A stretch of 43,165 nt of DNA from a virus (IMGVR_UViG_2541047954_000002:1-43165); one strand, 5' to 3'; positions 26,261-37,059 are shown, numbered from the stretch's first letter. Made by a program: numbers and translations. Notes: generated from the sequence alone by a model not told the origin.

Positions 26261-27154
26261 ATGGACCAGATGGCAGAAAACACACCAGAAGTTGAAATCG
26301 AAACCGACGCGTCAGAGCAGATTCCTGATGATGTCGAACTGGCTGAAGAAGTCGAAACAGCAGATGGCAGTGAGTCCTCAGGAAATGATGCAGAGGAAGC
26401 TACTGACACTGATGACGACGAATCAGAACAGGAATTCTACTTTGGTGACGAAAAGCTGGATTCGCCAACCAGCGAAGATGGAGCTGAGCATGGACTGGTA
26501 AAACACTTGCGCAAGACGATTAAAGAGAAAGACCGCGAGCTGAAAGAGCTGATGCGTCAGTCTCAGAAACCCGTCGAGCAGCAGCCGGTAATCACTCAAC
26601 CACCGCGAATGCCAAAACTGGACGATGAGGACATCGGTTTCGATGAAGAAATCTACCAGCAACGCATGGCTAAGTGGGCAGAGGATAACGGCAAATACCA
26701 GGAGCAAGTACGAGAGCGGAAACGAGAGGAAGAGGCGCGTACCGCAACGCTTCAGCAGAAAGCAGCCAATTACATGCAGAGAGTAAAAGCACTGAAAGTG
26801 GCTGGCTACCAGGATGCAGAGCAGGCTGTACGCGAAGATGTTCCTGTTCATATTCAGGACATGATCCTTCTTGAGTCAGAGAAGCCGGAAATCGTTGTTC
26901 TGGCGCTCGGTCGCAACGCTGAACTGCGCAAGCAACTGGCAGAAGCTACCAACCCCGTAGCAATTGGTCGTCTGCTGGAACGTATCGAATCGAAGGCCAG
27001 AATCATGCCAAAAGCAAAAACCACGGCAGCCACAACCCCGACAGTTAAGGGGAGCAACGGCGCAGTAATCAACAACCTCGACAAATTGAAAGCCAAGGCG
27101 CTGGAAACTGGTGACTGGACGCCGTATTTCGCCGCTAAAAAGGCAAAAAAATAA
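26261..27154 (+). CDS. Scaffolding protein (P22 gp8-like), 297 aa
   Basis: Acidic N-terminus, charged helical body, position between portal and coat. Confidence 0.7.
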   Translation: MDQMAENTPEVEIETDASEQIPDDVELAEEVETADGSESSGNDAEEATDTDDDESEQEFYFGDEKLDSPTSEDGAEHGLVKHLRKTIKEKDRELKELMRQSQKPVEQQPVITQPPRMPKLDDEDIGFDEEIYQQRMAKWAEDNGKYQEQVRERKREEEARTATLQQKAANYMQRVKALKVAGYQDAEQAVREDVPVHIQDMILLESEKPEIVVLALGRNAELRKQLAEATNPVAIGRLLERIESKARIMPKAKTTAATTPTVKGSNGAVINNLDKLKAKALETGDWTPYFAAKKAKK

Positions 27155-27172
27155 CCTATCGGAGCATTAAGC

Positions 27173-28426
27173 ATGGCTAACCAATTAGCAAAAGACCTTG
27201 AAATCATGTTCGAAAACTACGTTGAAGGCTTTGAGGCCGCCTGCGTAGTTTCCCGTAACGCTAAAAAATTCCGTCCCGGTGATACAGCAATGCAGCGAGC
27301 AGGTGATGTTCTGTATCGTCCGCAGCATTACCACATGAACATTGAGGAAGGCCTCGATCTCAGCAGCAAAACGCCTACAGCACTGGTTCAGCGCCTTGTT
27401 CCTTCTGTGTTCAAGGAGCCGAAAAACATTCTGTACACTCTGGATGCGCGTGAAATGCGTGACCCTGAGCATAAAACTGAAGCTGGTCGCGCCGCAGGTA
27501 TGCGCCTTGCTGCACAGATTGACTCTGACCTGATTTCCATGGTTACGCAGCGTGCTACTAACGTGATCACAATGTCTGACTCAACCACAGGTACACAGGG
27601 CCGTGATTTGTGGAACTGTGCGGCAGGTATTGATGCCACCATGACGGCGATTGGTGTACCGCAGGGTATCAACCGTCGCTCTTTCTGGAACCCCTTCAAC
27701 TACAAAGACCTTGCTGGCGAGCTTGGTCACCGTGCCTACGCTCAGGGCGCAACCCTGACAGCATACGAAAAAGCGCAGATCCCTCCGGTTGCTTCCTTTG
27801 ATAGCTACAAGACCGATATTTCTGGTCGATTACCGAAAGGAAGCGCTGAATCCTTGACAGTATCAGGCCAACCTGAACACAAGGTTGAAGCGAAAGATTC
27901 AAATGGTATGCCAGTTGATAACCGACAGGGGACTATTACGGTATCTGCATCTGGCTTGCAGGTTGGTGATGCGTTCACCATTGCCGGTGTGAATTCCGTA
28001 CACCAGATCACAAAAGATACCACCGGGCAACCGCAGGTATTCCGTGTTCTGGCTGTTAGCGGAACTACCGTAACAATCTCTCCAAAGATTCTCCCTGTTG
28101 AAAATACCGATGTTGCGAGTCGTCCATATGCAAACGTCGATGCCAAACCGGCAGAATCAGCAGCAATCACCATTCTCAACAAGAACGCAGCACCTGCTAA
28201 CCTGTTCTGGGCTGATGGTTCTGTTGAGCTGATGTACGGCAAACTAGCGTTCCCGACTGGTCAGGGTCCACAGGTAATGACAGCAACCACCGAGCAGGGC
28301 GCTACGCTGATCATGTCTTACGCCTTCGACCACATCAAAGGCGTAACCACTGCTCGTTTCACCACTCTGTACGGTTGCTCTGTACTTGTTCCTGAATATA
28401 CGGGCATCGTTATTGCCGGGCAGTAA
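27173..28426 (+). CDS. Major capsid (coat) protein, P22 gp5-like, 417 aa
   Basis: Size and position; segment ILNKNAAPANLFWADGSV parallels the P22 coat; strong terminator immediately downstream. Confidence 0.85.
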   Translation: MANQLAKDLEIMFENYVEGFEAACVVSRNAKKFRPGDTAMQRAGDVLYRPQHYHMNIEEGLDLSSKTPTALVQRLVPSVFKEPKNILYTLDAREMRDPEHKTEAGRAAGMRLAAQIDSDLISMVTQRATNVITMSDSTTGTQGRDLWNCAAGIDATMTAIGVPQGINRRSFWNPFNYKDLAGELGHRAYAQGATLTAYEKAQIPPVASFDSYKTDISGRLPKGSAESLTVSGQPEHKVEAKDSNGMPVDNRQGTITVSASGLQVGDAFTIAGVNSVHQITKDTTGQPQVFRVLAVSGTTVTISPKILPVENTDVASRPYANVDAKPAESAAITILNKNAAPANLFWADGSVELMYGKLAFPTGQGPQVMTATTEQGATLIMSYAFDHIKGVTTARFTTLYGCSVLVPEYTGIVIAGQ

Positions 28427-28433
28427 TTTTGGT

Positions 28434-28456
28434 GGGGCTTCGGCCCCATTTTTATT
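28434..28456 (+). terminator. Rho-independent terminator after the coat gene
   Basis: GGGGCTTCGGCCCC hairpin followed by ATTTTTATT. Confidence 0.65.
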
Positions 28457-28467
28457 GGGAGAAGACA

Positions 28468-28656
28468 ATGGCACGAACAATGCTCTATAAGCCTGGCAAC
28501 ATGATCACCTGTGGTCAGTTTGCTGTCGATTACATCATTGTTGATGACGAAGAAGTTAAATCTCACCTGAAAAAAGGTTGGGTAAAAACTCCTGAAGAAA
28601 CCGCAACGAAGCAAAAAGTGGCTAAGGCGGAAGAAGATGGCGAAAACGAAGGGTGA
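28468..28656 (+). CDS. Hypothetical small protein, 62 aa
   Basis: GGGAGAAGACA SD before the ATG at 28468; between coat and gp4. Confidence 0.4.
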   Translation: MARTMLYKPGNMITCGQFAVDYIIVDDEEVKSHLKKGWVKTPEETATKQKVAKAEEDGENEG

Positions 28657-29098
28657 TCTCGTTCTAAAGGCTTTACGAAAAGCCGGGCTGTATTCCAATG
28701 CCACGTTGACAGATGCCGACCCTCAGGCAATTGAAGATGCCATTAATGACCTTGAAGACATGATGGCAGCATGGCAGGCGAAAGGTATCGAGCTTGGATA
28801 TCAGTTTGCGGATACAGAAAACGGCATCATGCCGTTACCTGACGATGATTCAGGTATCCCTGCATGGGCAAATGATGGCGTCGCTTTGAAGCTCGCTGTG
28901 CAAGTGTGCATGGATAACGTCATTCAGCCGTCGGATGCTCTCCTGACCGCTGCTGACAGTGCATATCAGACAATCTGTATCGCTTTAACAAAAATACCAC
29001 CACTTGAGCGGCGAAATGACATGCCTCGCGGTAGTGGTAACAAAAGCGCGTTTACGTGGAATCGGTTTTACATCGAGAAAGATGATCCGAGTACGTGA
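28637..29098 (+). CDS. Head completion / tail adaptor protein, P22 gp4-like, 153 aa
   Basis: KTKGDLV...ALRKAGLYSNATLTDADPQAIEDAINDLEDMMAAW parallels P22 gp4. Confidence 0.8.
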   Translation: MAKTKGDLVLKALRKAGLYSNATLTDADPQAIEDAINDLEDMMAAWQAKGIELGYQFADTENGIMPLPDDDSGIPAWANDGVALKLAVQVCMDNVIQPSDALLTAADSAYQTICIALTKIPPLERRNDMPRGSGNKSAFTWNRFYIEKDDPST

Positions 29099-29107
29099 GG
29101 TGAATAA

Positions 29108-29212
29108 ATGCCGATTCAGCAACTTCCGCTTATGAAAGGTGTCGGCAAAGACTTTCGAAACGCCGACTATATCGACTATCTGCCAGTGAATATGTTGGCA
29201 ATTTTGATATAA
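29108..29212 (+). pseudogene. Remnant 5' fragment of gene 10 (34 codons, [34 protein letters not shown]) left behind by the homing endonuclease insertion
   Basis: Encodes the same N-terminal peptide as the intact gene 10 at 29781 but with different codons and a premature stop at the insertion junction. Confidence 0.7.
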
Positions 29213-29248
29213 TAAGTACATGAAAAATCGAAACTTTAAGGAGTAGAT

Positions 29249-29833
29249 ATGCTTTCTGAGAATGCTAAAGATATACCTGGATTTGAAGGTGTTTATGCCG
29301 TAACAGAAGATGGCAGGGTGTATTCTCACTCACGTGTTGTTAAGGCTGCGCATGGCAGCACGCAACTCAGAAAGGGGCGCTGGTTAAAGCCTAAAATAAA
29401 TCAGGGAAGGGTGCTTTATAATATCGGAGCAAAATGGACTTTTGCCCATCGAATCGTTGCAATGACATTCCTGCCAAATCCTGAAAACAAGCCTCAGGTA
29501 AATCATATTGATGGCAATCCACTCAATAATAACGTCAATAATCTTGAGTGGTGCACTCAAAGCGAAAACATCAAACATGCATACGCCACAGGATTAAAGA
29601 AACCAATCAAGTTTTTCGGAACCAAGCACCCAAAACACAAGTTGAGTGATGACGATGTTCTTGCAATCAAGTCATCAAAAGAAAGCTTGTCAGTAATTGC
29701 GGCTAAGTACGGGATATCTAAGACCTGGGCAAGTAGGCTAAAGCGTGATGCTAACTGGGTTCATATAAAGGTTGATTCCAATGGCAATACAACAACTACC
29801 ACTAATGAAGGGATTAGGGAAAAGTGCGGTTAA
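29249..29833 (+). CDS. HNH homing endonuclease (NUMOD4-like N-terminus + HNH_3 + C-terminal DNA-binding region), 194 aa, inserted in gene 10
   Basis: GFEGVYAVTEDGRVYS (NUMOD4-like), VNHIDGNPLNNNVNNLEW (HNH), low-GC sequence; 3' end overlaps the restored gene 10 start. Confidence 0.8.
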   Translation: MLSENAKDIPGFEGVYAVTEDGRVYSHSRVVKAAHGSTQLRKGRWLKPKINQGRVLYNIGAKWTFAHRIVAMTFLPNPENKPQVNHIDGNPLNNNVNNLEWCTQSENIKHAYATGLKKPIKFFGTKHPKHKLSDDDVLAIKSSKESLSVIAAKYGISKTWASRLKRDANWVHIKVDSNGNTTTTTNEGIREKCG

Positions 29834-31199
29834 TGCTGATTATATAGACCAACTTCCAGTCAATCTTTTAGCTACGCCCAAGGAGGTGTTGAATTCATCG
29901 GGATATCTTCGCTCATTCCCGGGCATTGCCAAACGCTCTGATGTGAACGGTGTATCGCGCGGCGTCGAGTACAACATGGCGCAGAGTGCTGTTTATCGCG
30001 TGTGTGGTGGCAAGCTCTACAAAGGCGAAAGTGAAGTCGGTGACGTTGCCGGAAGTGGTCGCGTATCAATGGCACATGGTCGGACATCACAGGCGGTAGG
30101 TGTTAACGGGCAACTGGTCGAATACCGCTATGATGGCACGGTTAAAACCGTCTCAAACTGGCCTACAGATAGCGGATTCACTCAGTATGAGTTAGGTTCG
30201 GTTCGTGACATTACGCGCTTGCGCGGGCGTTATGCGTGGTCAAAAGACGGCACTGATTCATGGTTTATCACTGACCTTGATGACGAAACACATCCTGACC
30301 GTTACAGCGCACAATATCGTGCCGAGTCTCAGCCTGACGGCATCATCGGCATCGGAACATGGCGAGACTTCATCGTCTGCTTTGGTTCATCGACGATTGA
30401 ATATTTCTCCCTGACAGGCGCAACTACCGTTGGTGCTGCTTTGTATGTCGCGCAGCCATCGCTGATGGTGCAGAAAGGTATTGCCGGAACCTACTGTAAA
30501 ACACCATTCGCTGATTCGTATGCGTTCATCAGCAATCCGGCAACAGGTGCGCCGTCTGTGTACATCATCGGATCTGGTCAGGTATCACCAATCGCCAGCG
30601 CGAGCATTGAGAAAATCCTCCGCTCCTACACTGCTGATGAACTGGCTGATGGCGTGATGGAGTCTCTGCGATTTGATGCTCATGAGTTGCTGATTATCCA
30701 CCTTCCGCGTCACGTCCTCGTGTACGACGCATCTTCAAGCGCCAATGGCCCACAATGGTGTGTACTGAAAACAGGCTTGTATGACGATGTGTACCGCGCT
30801 ATCGACTTCATTTACGAAGGAAATCAGATAACGTGCGGCGATAAGCTGGAATCGGTGACCGGGAAATTGCAGTTCGATATCAGCAGTCAGTATGGGCTTC
30901 AACAGGAACACCTGCTGTTTACTCCACTGTTCAAAGCGGATAACGCCAGATGCTTCGATCTGGAGGTGGAATCATCCACTGGCGTAGCTCAGTACGCCGA
31001 CCGCCTGTTCCTCTCTGCAACCACTGACGGCATCAATTACGGGCGTGAGCAGATGATTGAGCAGAATGAACCGTTCGTTTACGACAAACGCGTTTTGTGG
31101 AAGCGAGTAGGGCGCATCAGGAAAAATGTCGGTTTCAAATTGCGCGTTATCACGAAGTCACCTGTCACTCTGTCTGGTTGCCAGATAAGGATTGAGTAA
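29781..31199 (+). CDS. Tail hub / head-to-tail protein, P22 gp10-like, 472 aa
   Basis: [49 protein letters not shown]... parallels P22 gp10; follows gp4. Confidence 0.85.
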   Translation: MAIQQLPLMKGLGKSAVNADYIDQLPVNLLATPKEVLNSSGYLRSFPGIAKRSDVNGVSRGVEYNMAQSAVYRVCGGKLYKGESEVGDVAGSGRVSMAHGRTSQAVGVNGQLVEYRYDGTVKTVSNWPTDSGFTQYELGSVRDITRLRGRYAWSKDGTDSWFITDLDDETHPDRYSAQYRAESQPDGIIGIGTWRDFIVCFGSSTIEYFSLTGATTVGAALYVAQPSLMVQKGIAGTYCKTPFADSYAFISNPATGAPSVYIIGSGQVSPIASASIEKILRSYTADELADGVMESLRFDAHELLIIHLPRHVLVYDASSSANGPQWCVLKTGLYDDVYRAIDFIYEGNQITCGDKLESVTGKLQFDISSQYGLQQEHLLFTPLFKADNARCFDLEVESSTGVAQYADRLFLSATTDGINYGREQMIEQNEPFVYDKRVLWKRVGRIRKNVGFKLRVITKSPVTLSGCQIRIE

Positions 31200-32047
31200 T
31201 GGCGGATTCGAATCTCAATGTGCCGGTAATCATCCAAGCTACGCGGCTTGATACATCAGTCCTTCCACGCAATATCTTCTCGCAGTCGTATCTGCTTTAC
31301 GTTATCGCACAGGACACTGATGTTGGTAACGTGGCTAACAAGGCCAACGAGGCCGGACAGGGCGCTTATGACGCACAAGTCAGGAACGATGAGCAGGATG
31401 TGATTCTCGCTGACCATGAGCAGCGAATTTCTGCTGCGGAAGCAACGCTTGTTAATCATGAGGAGCGAATCAGCCAGGCAGAATCAACTCTTCAGGAACA
31501 TGAAACGCGAATCGCTCAGAATGAAAGCGATATTGCGTCTCTTGATACCAGAGTTCAGTCGCTGGAGTCGCAGGTTTCAGACCATGAAACGCGCATCGAT
31601 GCCCTGGAGTATGCCACTACTCGCAAGAAGTCAGAGGTTGTTTACTCTGGCGTATCTGTAACCATCCCGACAGCGCCGACCAACCTTGTTAGCCTGCTGA
31701 AAACGCTCACGCCGTCATCAGGCTCGTTGGCACCATTCTTCGACACCGTTAACAACAAGATGGTTGTGTTCAACGAGAACAAAACCTTGTTCTTCAAGCT
31801 GTCGATCGTCGGGACGTGGCCCAGCGGAACCGCCAACAGGTCAATGCAGCTAACCTTTTCCGGCTCTGTTCCTGACACGTTGGTCAGCAGTCGTAATGCG
31901 GCGACAACAACCGACAACATCCTGTTAGCTACGTTCTTCAGCGTGGATAAAGACGGCTTTCTTGCCACAAATGGCAGTACGTTAACCATTCAGTCAAATG
32001 GGGCGGCGTTTACTGCCACAACCATCAAAATCATTGCGGAGCAGTGA
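31199..32047 (+). CDS. Tail needle (plug) protein, P22 gp26-like N-terminus with a distinct C-terminal knob-like domain, 282 aa
   Basis: N-terminal ~60 aa [43 protein letters not shown]...NDEQDV closely parallels P22 gp26; heptad coiled-coil; C-terminal ~130 aa unrelated. Confidence 0.85.
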   Translation: MADSNLNVPVIIQATRLDTSVLPRNIFSQSYLLYVIAQDTDVGNVANKANEAGQGAYDAQVRNDEQDVILADHEQRISAAEATLVNHEERISQAESTLQEHETRIAQNESDIASLDTRVQSLESQVSDHETRIDALEYATTRKKSEVVYSGVSVTIPTAPTNLVSLLKTLTPSSGSLAPFFDTVNNKMVVFNENKTLFFKLSIVGTWPSGTANRSMQLTFSGSVPDTLVSSRNAATTTDNILLATFFSVDKDGFLATNGSTLTIQSNGAAFTATTIKIIAEQ

Positions 32048-32526
32048 TGGAAATAAAGCTCATCGATAATCCGGTGAAGCTTGCAGAATTCCTCAACAAC
32101 CCGGCAAACACGGGAAATATCGTAGACAGTGGAGACAAATACTACATCAAGCCTGATGCGGTATACCTCGGCATCTACGAAGGACTGATGCTGGTCGGAG
32201 TGCATGAAGTGCGTAACTTCTGGCATAGCGTTGTTGAATGCCATGCGGTGTACGACCCCGGATTCCGTGGCGAATATGCACTGCAAGGGCATCGATTATT
32301 CTGCAAATGGCTTCTCGAAAACTCACCATTCCTTAACAGCATCACTATGGTTCCTGACACCACGAAATACGGACGGGCAATTATCCGTTTGCTTGGCGCT
32401 ACCCGTGTTGGTCACCTTGATGATGCTTATACCAGCAATGGAAAGCCTGTAGGCATCACGATTTATCAGTTACCGCGCTCAAAATACGAGGAGCTAAAGA
32501 ATGTTAATTTTCCAGATTGCCAATAA
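32044..32526 (+). CDS. gp14-like protein (position-based), 160 aa
   Basis: Occupies the gene 14 slot between the needle and ejection proteins. Confidence 0.45.
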   Translation: MMEIKLIDNPVKLAEFLNNPANTGNIVDSGDKYYIKPDAVYLGIYEGLMLVGVHEVRNFWHSVVECHAVYDPGFRGEYALQGHRLFCKWLLENSPFLNSITMVPDTTKYGRAIIRLLGATRVGHLDDAYTSNGKPVGITIYQLPRSKYEELKNVNFPDCQ

Positions 32527-33175
32527 GCACCTCAGCAAAACTGTTTACTGCAAAGGTGGCGGTGATGGCGGTTCAAAAGCCCAGGCACGCGCCACTGAAA
32601 AGGGCATCGAACTGCAGCGTGAAATGTGGCAAACGAACATGCAGAACCTTGCACCGTTTACGCCACTCGCTCAGCAGTACGTATCAGAGTTGCAAAATCT
32701 TTCCTCTCTTCAGGGGCAAGGTAAGGCGCTTAACCAGTATTACAACTCTCAGCAGTATAAAGACCTTGCAGGGCAGGCGCGCTATCAGAGTCTGGCAGCA
32801 GCAGAGGCAACTGGTGGATTAGGCTCTACAGCAACAGGAAACCAGTTAGCAGCAATCGCACCTACACTCGGTCAAAACTGGCTGTCAGGTCAGATGAACA
32901 ACTACAACAATCTGGCAAATATCGGCCTTGGTGCTCTTACAGGTCAGGCAAATGCCGGACAGAACTACGCTAACAACGTCAGCCAATTGTATCAACAGCA
33001 GGCGGCAGCATCTGCGGCTAATGCTAACCGACCATCAGGACTGCAATCAGCCTTGGGAGGTGCCATGAGCGGTGCTGCATCAGGGGCGATGATTGGCTCT
33101 GTGGTGCCTGGAATAGGTACAGCTGTTGGCGCTATTGGTGGCGGTATTATCGGTGGGCTTGGATCATTGTTTTAA
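32501..33175 (+). CDS. Ejection (DNA-transfer) protein, gp7-like
   Basis: Gln/Ala/Gly-rich composition with Gly-rich hydrophobic C-terminus; first of three ejection-protein genes in P22 order. Confidence 0.65.
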   Translation: MLIFQIANKHLSKTVYCKGGGDGGSKAQARATEKGIELQREMWQTNMQNLAPFTPLAQQYVSELQNLSSLQGQGKALNQYYNSQQYKDLAGQARYQSLAAAEATGGLGSTATGNQLAAIAPTLGQNWLSGQMNNYNNLANIGLGALTGQANAGQNYANNVSQLYQQQAAASAANANRPSGLQSALGGAMSGAASGAMIGSVVPGIGTAVGAIGGGIIGGLGSLF

Positions 33176-33184
33176 GGTGGGAAT

Positions 33185-34486
33185 ATGGCTACTTGGCAAC
33201 AAGGAATCAACTCAGGCGGCTTTCTTGCTGGTATCGGTGGGCAAAACTCAAATGCGCCAAAGGCAAGTGATGTAAGTGAGGCGTTGGCCTATATTCGCCA
33301 GAACAACGAAATGGAGCGCTCAGGTCGCAATAACATCGGCCTTCAGGCGTTGCAGGGTCTTGGTAGTGTCGCTCAAGCATATCAAGCCGCAAAGCAACAG
33401 GAAGCGGATGCTGCATTCCAAAAAGAATATGCGGCAGCCATCCAGTCCGGCGATCGACAGCAGGTTCGAAATCTGATGACCAAATATCCTGGTCAATTAG
33501 AGAAGATTCAGTCTGGTATGAAGTGGGCAGACGAAGACCAGCGCAATTCCATCGGTACCTTAGCGGCTGGCGCACGCCTTGCGTCATCGTCTCCAGAAGC
33601 AATGCAATCATGGCTGCAAAACAACGCCAAGGAACTGACTCGCGTCGGTGTTGACCCTAATAACGTTGCTCAGATGTATCAGCAGAATCCTTCAGGATTT
33701 GGTGAGTTTGTTGATCACCTTGGAATGGCTGCTCTTGGTCCGATTGATTACTTCAATGTTCAGGACAAGATGGCTGGTCGTGAGATTGACCGAGGCAGGC
33801 TGGCAGAGACAATCCGCAGCAATCAGGCAGGAGAAGCACTAACAGCTCGAGGTCAGGACATCCAGATACGTGGACAGAACATCAGCGCACAGAATGCTGC
33901 TCTTTCCCGAGAAATACAAAGAGCAGAATTACAAGAAAAGGCTCTGGACAGACAGATAGCCAGAGAAAGCAATCAGTTAAAGCTTGAAGAGCTAAAACAG
34001 AAACAGGCAGATGTTCGGCAAAAGGCTGACATAGCCCGCGCTGACAGGCAGGCCGCCGCTCAGGGTGCAGTTGATACGTTCAGCACCGCGCTTGATTCTC
34101 TCAACGAGATAGAGCAAAGCCCCGGCCTTTCAAAAGCAGTAGGAATTCGCTCAGCGTTTCCGACAGTTCCTGGCTCTGATGCGGCTAACTTTGAAGCAAG
34201 GCTCGACACCTTTAAAGCTCAAACATTCCTTCCTATGGTGCAGTCCCTGAAGGGTATGGGCGCTCTTTCAGATGCAGAGGGTAAAAAATTATCCGATGCG
34301 GTTGGTGCCCTAAGCCCCAAAATGAGTGAAAAGGCTTTTCGTGACTCTATCGGAAAGATTAGAAATCAGCTTGAAAGCAAGTTGAGCACTGTTAAAAAAC
34401 AGTTTGATTATCAGGAGCCGGTGCAGAATATGCCAGGGCAACAATCTACTACTGGCAGTAACTTTTCTTCGCTATGGGGTGATTAA
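33185..34486 (+). CDS. Ejection (DNA-transfer) protein, gp20-like, 433 aa
   Basis: Position and size in the P22-like order; Ala/Gln-rich. Confidence 0.7.
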   Translation: MATWQQGINSGGFLAGIGGQNSNAPKASDVSEALAYIRQNNEMERSGRNNIGLQALQGLGSVAQAYQAAKQQEADAAFQKEYAAAIQSGDRQQVRNLMTKYPGQLEKIQSGMKWADEDQRNSIGTLAAGARLASSSPEAMQSWLQNNAKELTRVGVDPNNVAQMYQQNPSGFGEFVDHLGMAALGPIDYFNVQDKMAGREIDRGRLAETIRSNQAGEALTARGQDIQIRGQNISAQNAALSREIQRAELQEKALDRQIARESNQLKLEELKQKQADVRQKADIARADRQAAAQGAVDTFSTALDSLNEIEQSPGLSKAVGIRSAFPTVPGSDAANFEARLDTFKAQTFLPMVQSLKGMGALSDAEGKKLSDAVGALSPKMSEKAFRDSIGKIRNQLESKLSTVKKQFDYQEPVQNMPGQQSTTGSNFSSLWGD

Positions 34487-36483
34487 TGGCTAAAGCATGG
34501 AAAGATGTTATCGCCTCTCCACAGTATCAGGCGTTAGCACCAGAACAAAAAGCGCAGGCTCAGGAGCAATACTTCAATGAAGTCGTTGCCCCGCAAGCCG
34601 GAGAAAATGCAGAGCAGGCTAAGCAAGCTTTCTATGCTGCCTATCCATTGCCATCTGTGCAGCCAGTGGAGACACAACAACCAGTATCACAGCAACAACC
34701 ACAGCAAAGTGGATTTATGTCGGATCTTGGTGAAGCCGTGAAAGAAACTGGTCGCGGACTGGTGCAGGCTGGCGTGAACGTGGCAAACATACCTGCATCA
34801 GTTGCCGATGCTGTAACAAGCGCGGCGGCATGGGCTGGCGGTAAACTCGGCATTGGCGATGGTACATATCAACCAGCGCCACGAGTAACAACGCAGGGGT
34901 TAGAGCAGGACTTTGGCCTTCAGCAAGGCGCGCTCACTCCACAAACGACAGAGGGAAGGGTATTTGCTGAAGCATTGCCTTACCTCACTCCTGCTGGCGT
35001 TGAGAGAGCGGCAGCACAGGCACCAACACTTGCTGGTCGAATTGCTCAGGGGGCAACTCGCCTTCTAGCAGAAAACGCAGTTGGATCACTTGCTGCAAAT
35101 AGTGCGAAAGATGATGCGGAAGCACTCGCCATCGATTTAGGCGTTGGCGTTCTGGCTGGCGGTGCTATTAACGCTGCCGGACGTGGATTAGGTGCTGCTT
35201 ATCGTGGCGTTCGTGGTGCTATTGCGCCAGAAGCGCAGCAGGCTATCAGATTTGCAGAGCGTGAAGGAGTTCCTCTGCACACCACAGACCTGTTACAGCC
35301 TACTTCCCGCGTCGGAAAAATGGCGCAAACGACAGCAGAAAATATCCCCCTGGCTGGCACAAGCGGAATGAGAGCAACGCAACAGGAAGCGAGAAGCCAG
35401 TTGGTTCAGAGATTTGCTGATAAATTCGGTGAGTATGATCCAGCGGTTGTTATTGACAGCCTTAAAGCGAAAACATCAGGAATTCGTCGTGCCGCCGGTA
35501 ATCGACTGGAGCAGGTTCAGAATGCTATGGCGGGAATAAACATTCAGCCTGCAAGAGCAATTCAGCAGATTGATACAGAAATATCTAACCTGCAGAAGCT
35601 TGGTAAGGTTGCTGATAACGAGACTATTTCAAAACTTCAGTCCTATCGTGATGAGCTTGTTCGCAATGCTGGTCCTGATGGTCCGGTAAATCTGGATTTG
35701 AAGCAATTAAGCGATCTGCGCAGCCAGTTCAGAATGGATGTGAAGGGTGAGCGACCAGTGTTACCAAACCGTTCCGATGCTGCCATTCAGCGCGTTTACA
35801 AGGCAATGACCGACGATATCAATGGTGCCATTGGTCAGAATCTTGGCAACGATACTCTCCGTAAATATCAGCAGGCCAATGCCGTCTACGCTGACGAAGC
35901 GGCGAAACTAAAGAATACCATGCTGAAGAATGTTCTCATGAAAGGCGACCTGACGCCGGAAGTTGTCAACAACATGCTATTCAGCAAGAACAAATCGGAA
36001 ATTAAGACGCTGTATAACTCAGTTGGTCGTGTTGGCAGGGCGCAAATGCGCAATGGCATCATTGGAAAGGCGATGGAGAAATCAGGTGGTTCCCCTGATC
36101 AGTTCCTTCGACAGCTTAACATCCTGCAAAACCAGACTGGCATCACATTTAAGGGGCAGGACGCTGCTTATCTGAAAGGATTGAAAAACTACCTGCAATC
36201 CACGCAGCAGGCTGCAAAAGCGGCAGTAACAACACCAACAGGGCAGCAAACCATCCCGTTCATTATCGGGTATGGGACAGCAATGAACCCGGCGACAACT
36301 GGCGCAGCGGTAAGCTACGGACTTCTTACTCGCGCCTATGAGAGCGAACCATTCAGAAATGCAATGCTCCGAATGGCAAACACACCACGCGGATCGACAG
36401 CGTTTGAGAAAGCCATGCAGCAAGCGCAAAAAGCGATTAATGCACTGACGCAGGGTGCTAAGTCTGATTCGTTGTCAGAATAG
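34486..36483 (+). CDS. Ejection (DNA-transfer) protein, gp16-like, 665 aa
   Basis: Position and size in the P22-like order. Confidence 0.7.
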   Translation: MAKAWKDVIASPQYQALAPEQKAQAQEQYFNEVVAPQAGENAEQAKQAFYAAYPLPSVQPVETQQPVSQQQPQQSGFMSDLGEAVKETGRGLVQAGVNVANIPASVADAVTSAAAWAGGKLGIGDGTYQPAPRVTTQGLEQDFGLQQGALTPQTTEGRVFAEALPYLTPAGVERAAAQAPTLAGRIAQGATRLLAENAVGSLAANSAKDDAEALAIDLGVGVLAGGAINAAGRGLGAAYRGVRGAIAPEAQQAIRFAEREGVPLHTTDLLQPTSRVGKMAQTTAENIPLAGTSGMRATQQEARSQLVQRFADKFGEYDPAVVIDSLKAKTSGIRRAAGNRLEQVQNAMAGINIQPARAIQQIDTEISNLQKLGKVADNETISKLQSYRDELVRNAGPDGPVNLDLKQLSDLRSQFRMDVKGERPVLPNRSDAAIQRVYKAMTDDINGAIGQNLGNDTLRKYQQANAVYADEAAKLKNTMLKNVLMKGDLTPEVVNNMLFSKNKSEIKTLYNSVGRVGRAQMRNGIIGKAMEKSGGSPDQFLRQLNILQNQTGITFKGQDAAYLKGLKNYLQSTQQAAKAAVTTPTGQQTIPFIIGYGTAMNPATTGAAVSYGLLTRAYESEPFRNAMLRMANTPRGSTAFEKAMQQAQKAINALTQGAKSDSLSE

Positions 36484-36573
36484 CCTTTCAAACACCAGGA
36501 ACGTGCAAAAACCAAATATGTAGAACGCGAGGTTTATCGTATTCCTCTGCATAGGCGATACCTTTGCTGATTG

Positions 36574-37059
36574 TTATCTGATGTTACTGCTACTGTTGCA
36601 TGTTACCGCGTTTCCAAATCCTGAATTGCAGTTTGTATATGTGTCAACGCGTGTTGGGTAAGGTTGAGTTATAACAGGCTGGCGCGCTTTTTGCTCGATC
36701 GCTTGCATTGTGTTTACAGCCTGATAATTCAATAAAGCCTGCTGGAATGCTTGGCTTTGTGCTATTTGTTGGGCTTGTTCTTGGCTTTGTAATTGAACAT
36801 AAAGATTCTGAAGCTCAAGTCTTGCCTGTGCGTCACTTATCTTGCCTTCATCGACACCTTGCCCGAGCATCTTTGCAGCAAGGACATACAGCTTAGGTGT
36901 TGGTGCTGATGCCATGCGTGAGTCGTTCTTCACACTGGCATCAAGGCAATTAGCCATATCGCTAAGCTTTTGATAGCGTTGTTCGCAACTTGCTTGATAG
37001 TCACTTACTTTTGCGCACCCAGCCAGCAGAAGCGGGATAATTAACAGTGATTTTTTCAT
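36574..37059 (-). CDS. Lipoprotein (signal peptide MKKSLLIIPLLLAGC), 161 aa, opposite strand to the late operon
   Basis: Lipobox LLAGC; strong AAGGAGAG SD; in the sieA/immI slot between gp16 and the tailspike. Confidence 0.7.
   Translation of the reverse strand: MKKSLLIIPLLLAGCAKVSDYQASCEQRYQKLSDMANCLDASVKNDSRMASAPTPKLYVLAAKMLGQGVDEGKISDAQARLELQNLYVQLQSQEQAQQIAQSQAFQQALLNYQAVNTMQAIEQKARQPVITQPYPTRVDTYTNCNSGFGNAVTCNSSSNIR

Noticed and set aside
22933-27699. Assorted ORFs antisense or out of frame within terminase, portal, scaffold and coat genes (e.g. 22933..23283, 23464..23928, 25616..26140, 26423..26851, 26854..27207, 27388..27699)
   Set aside because: Embedded in well-supported structural genes; no independent evidence.
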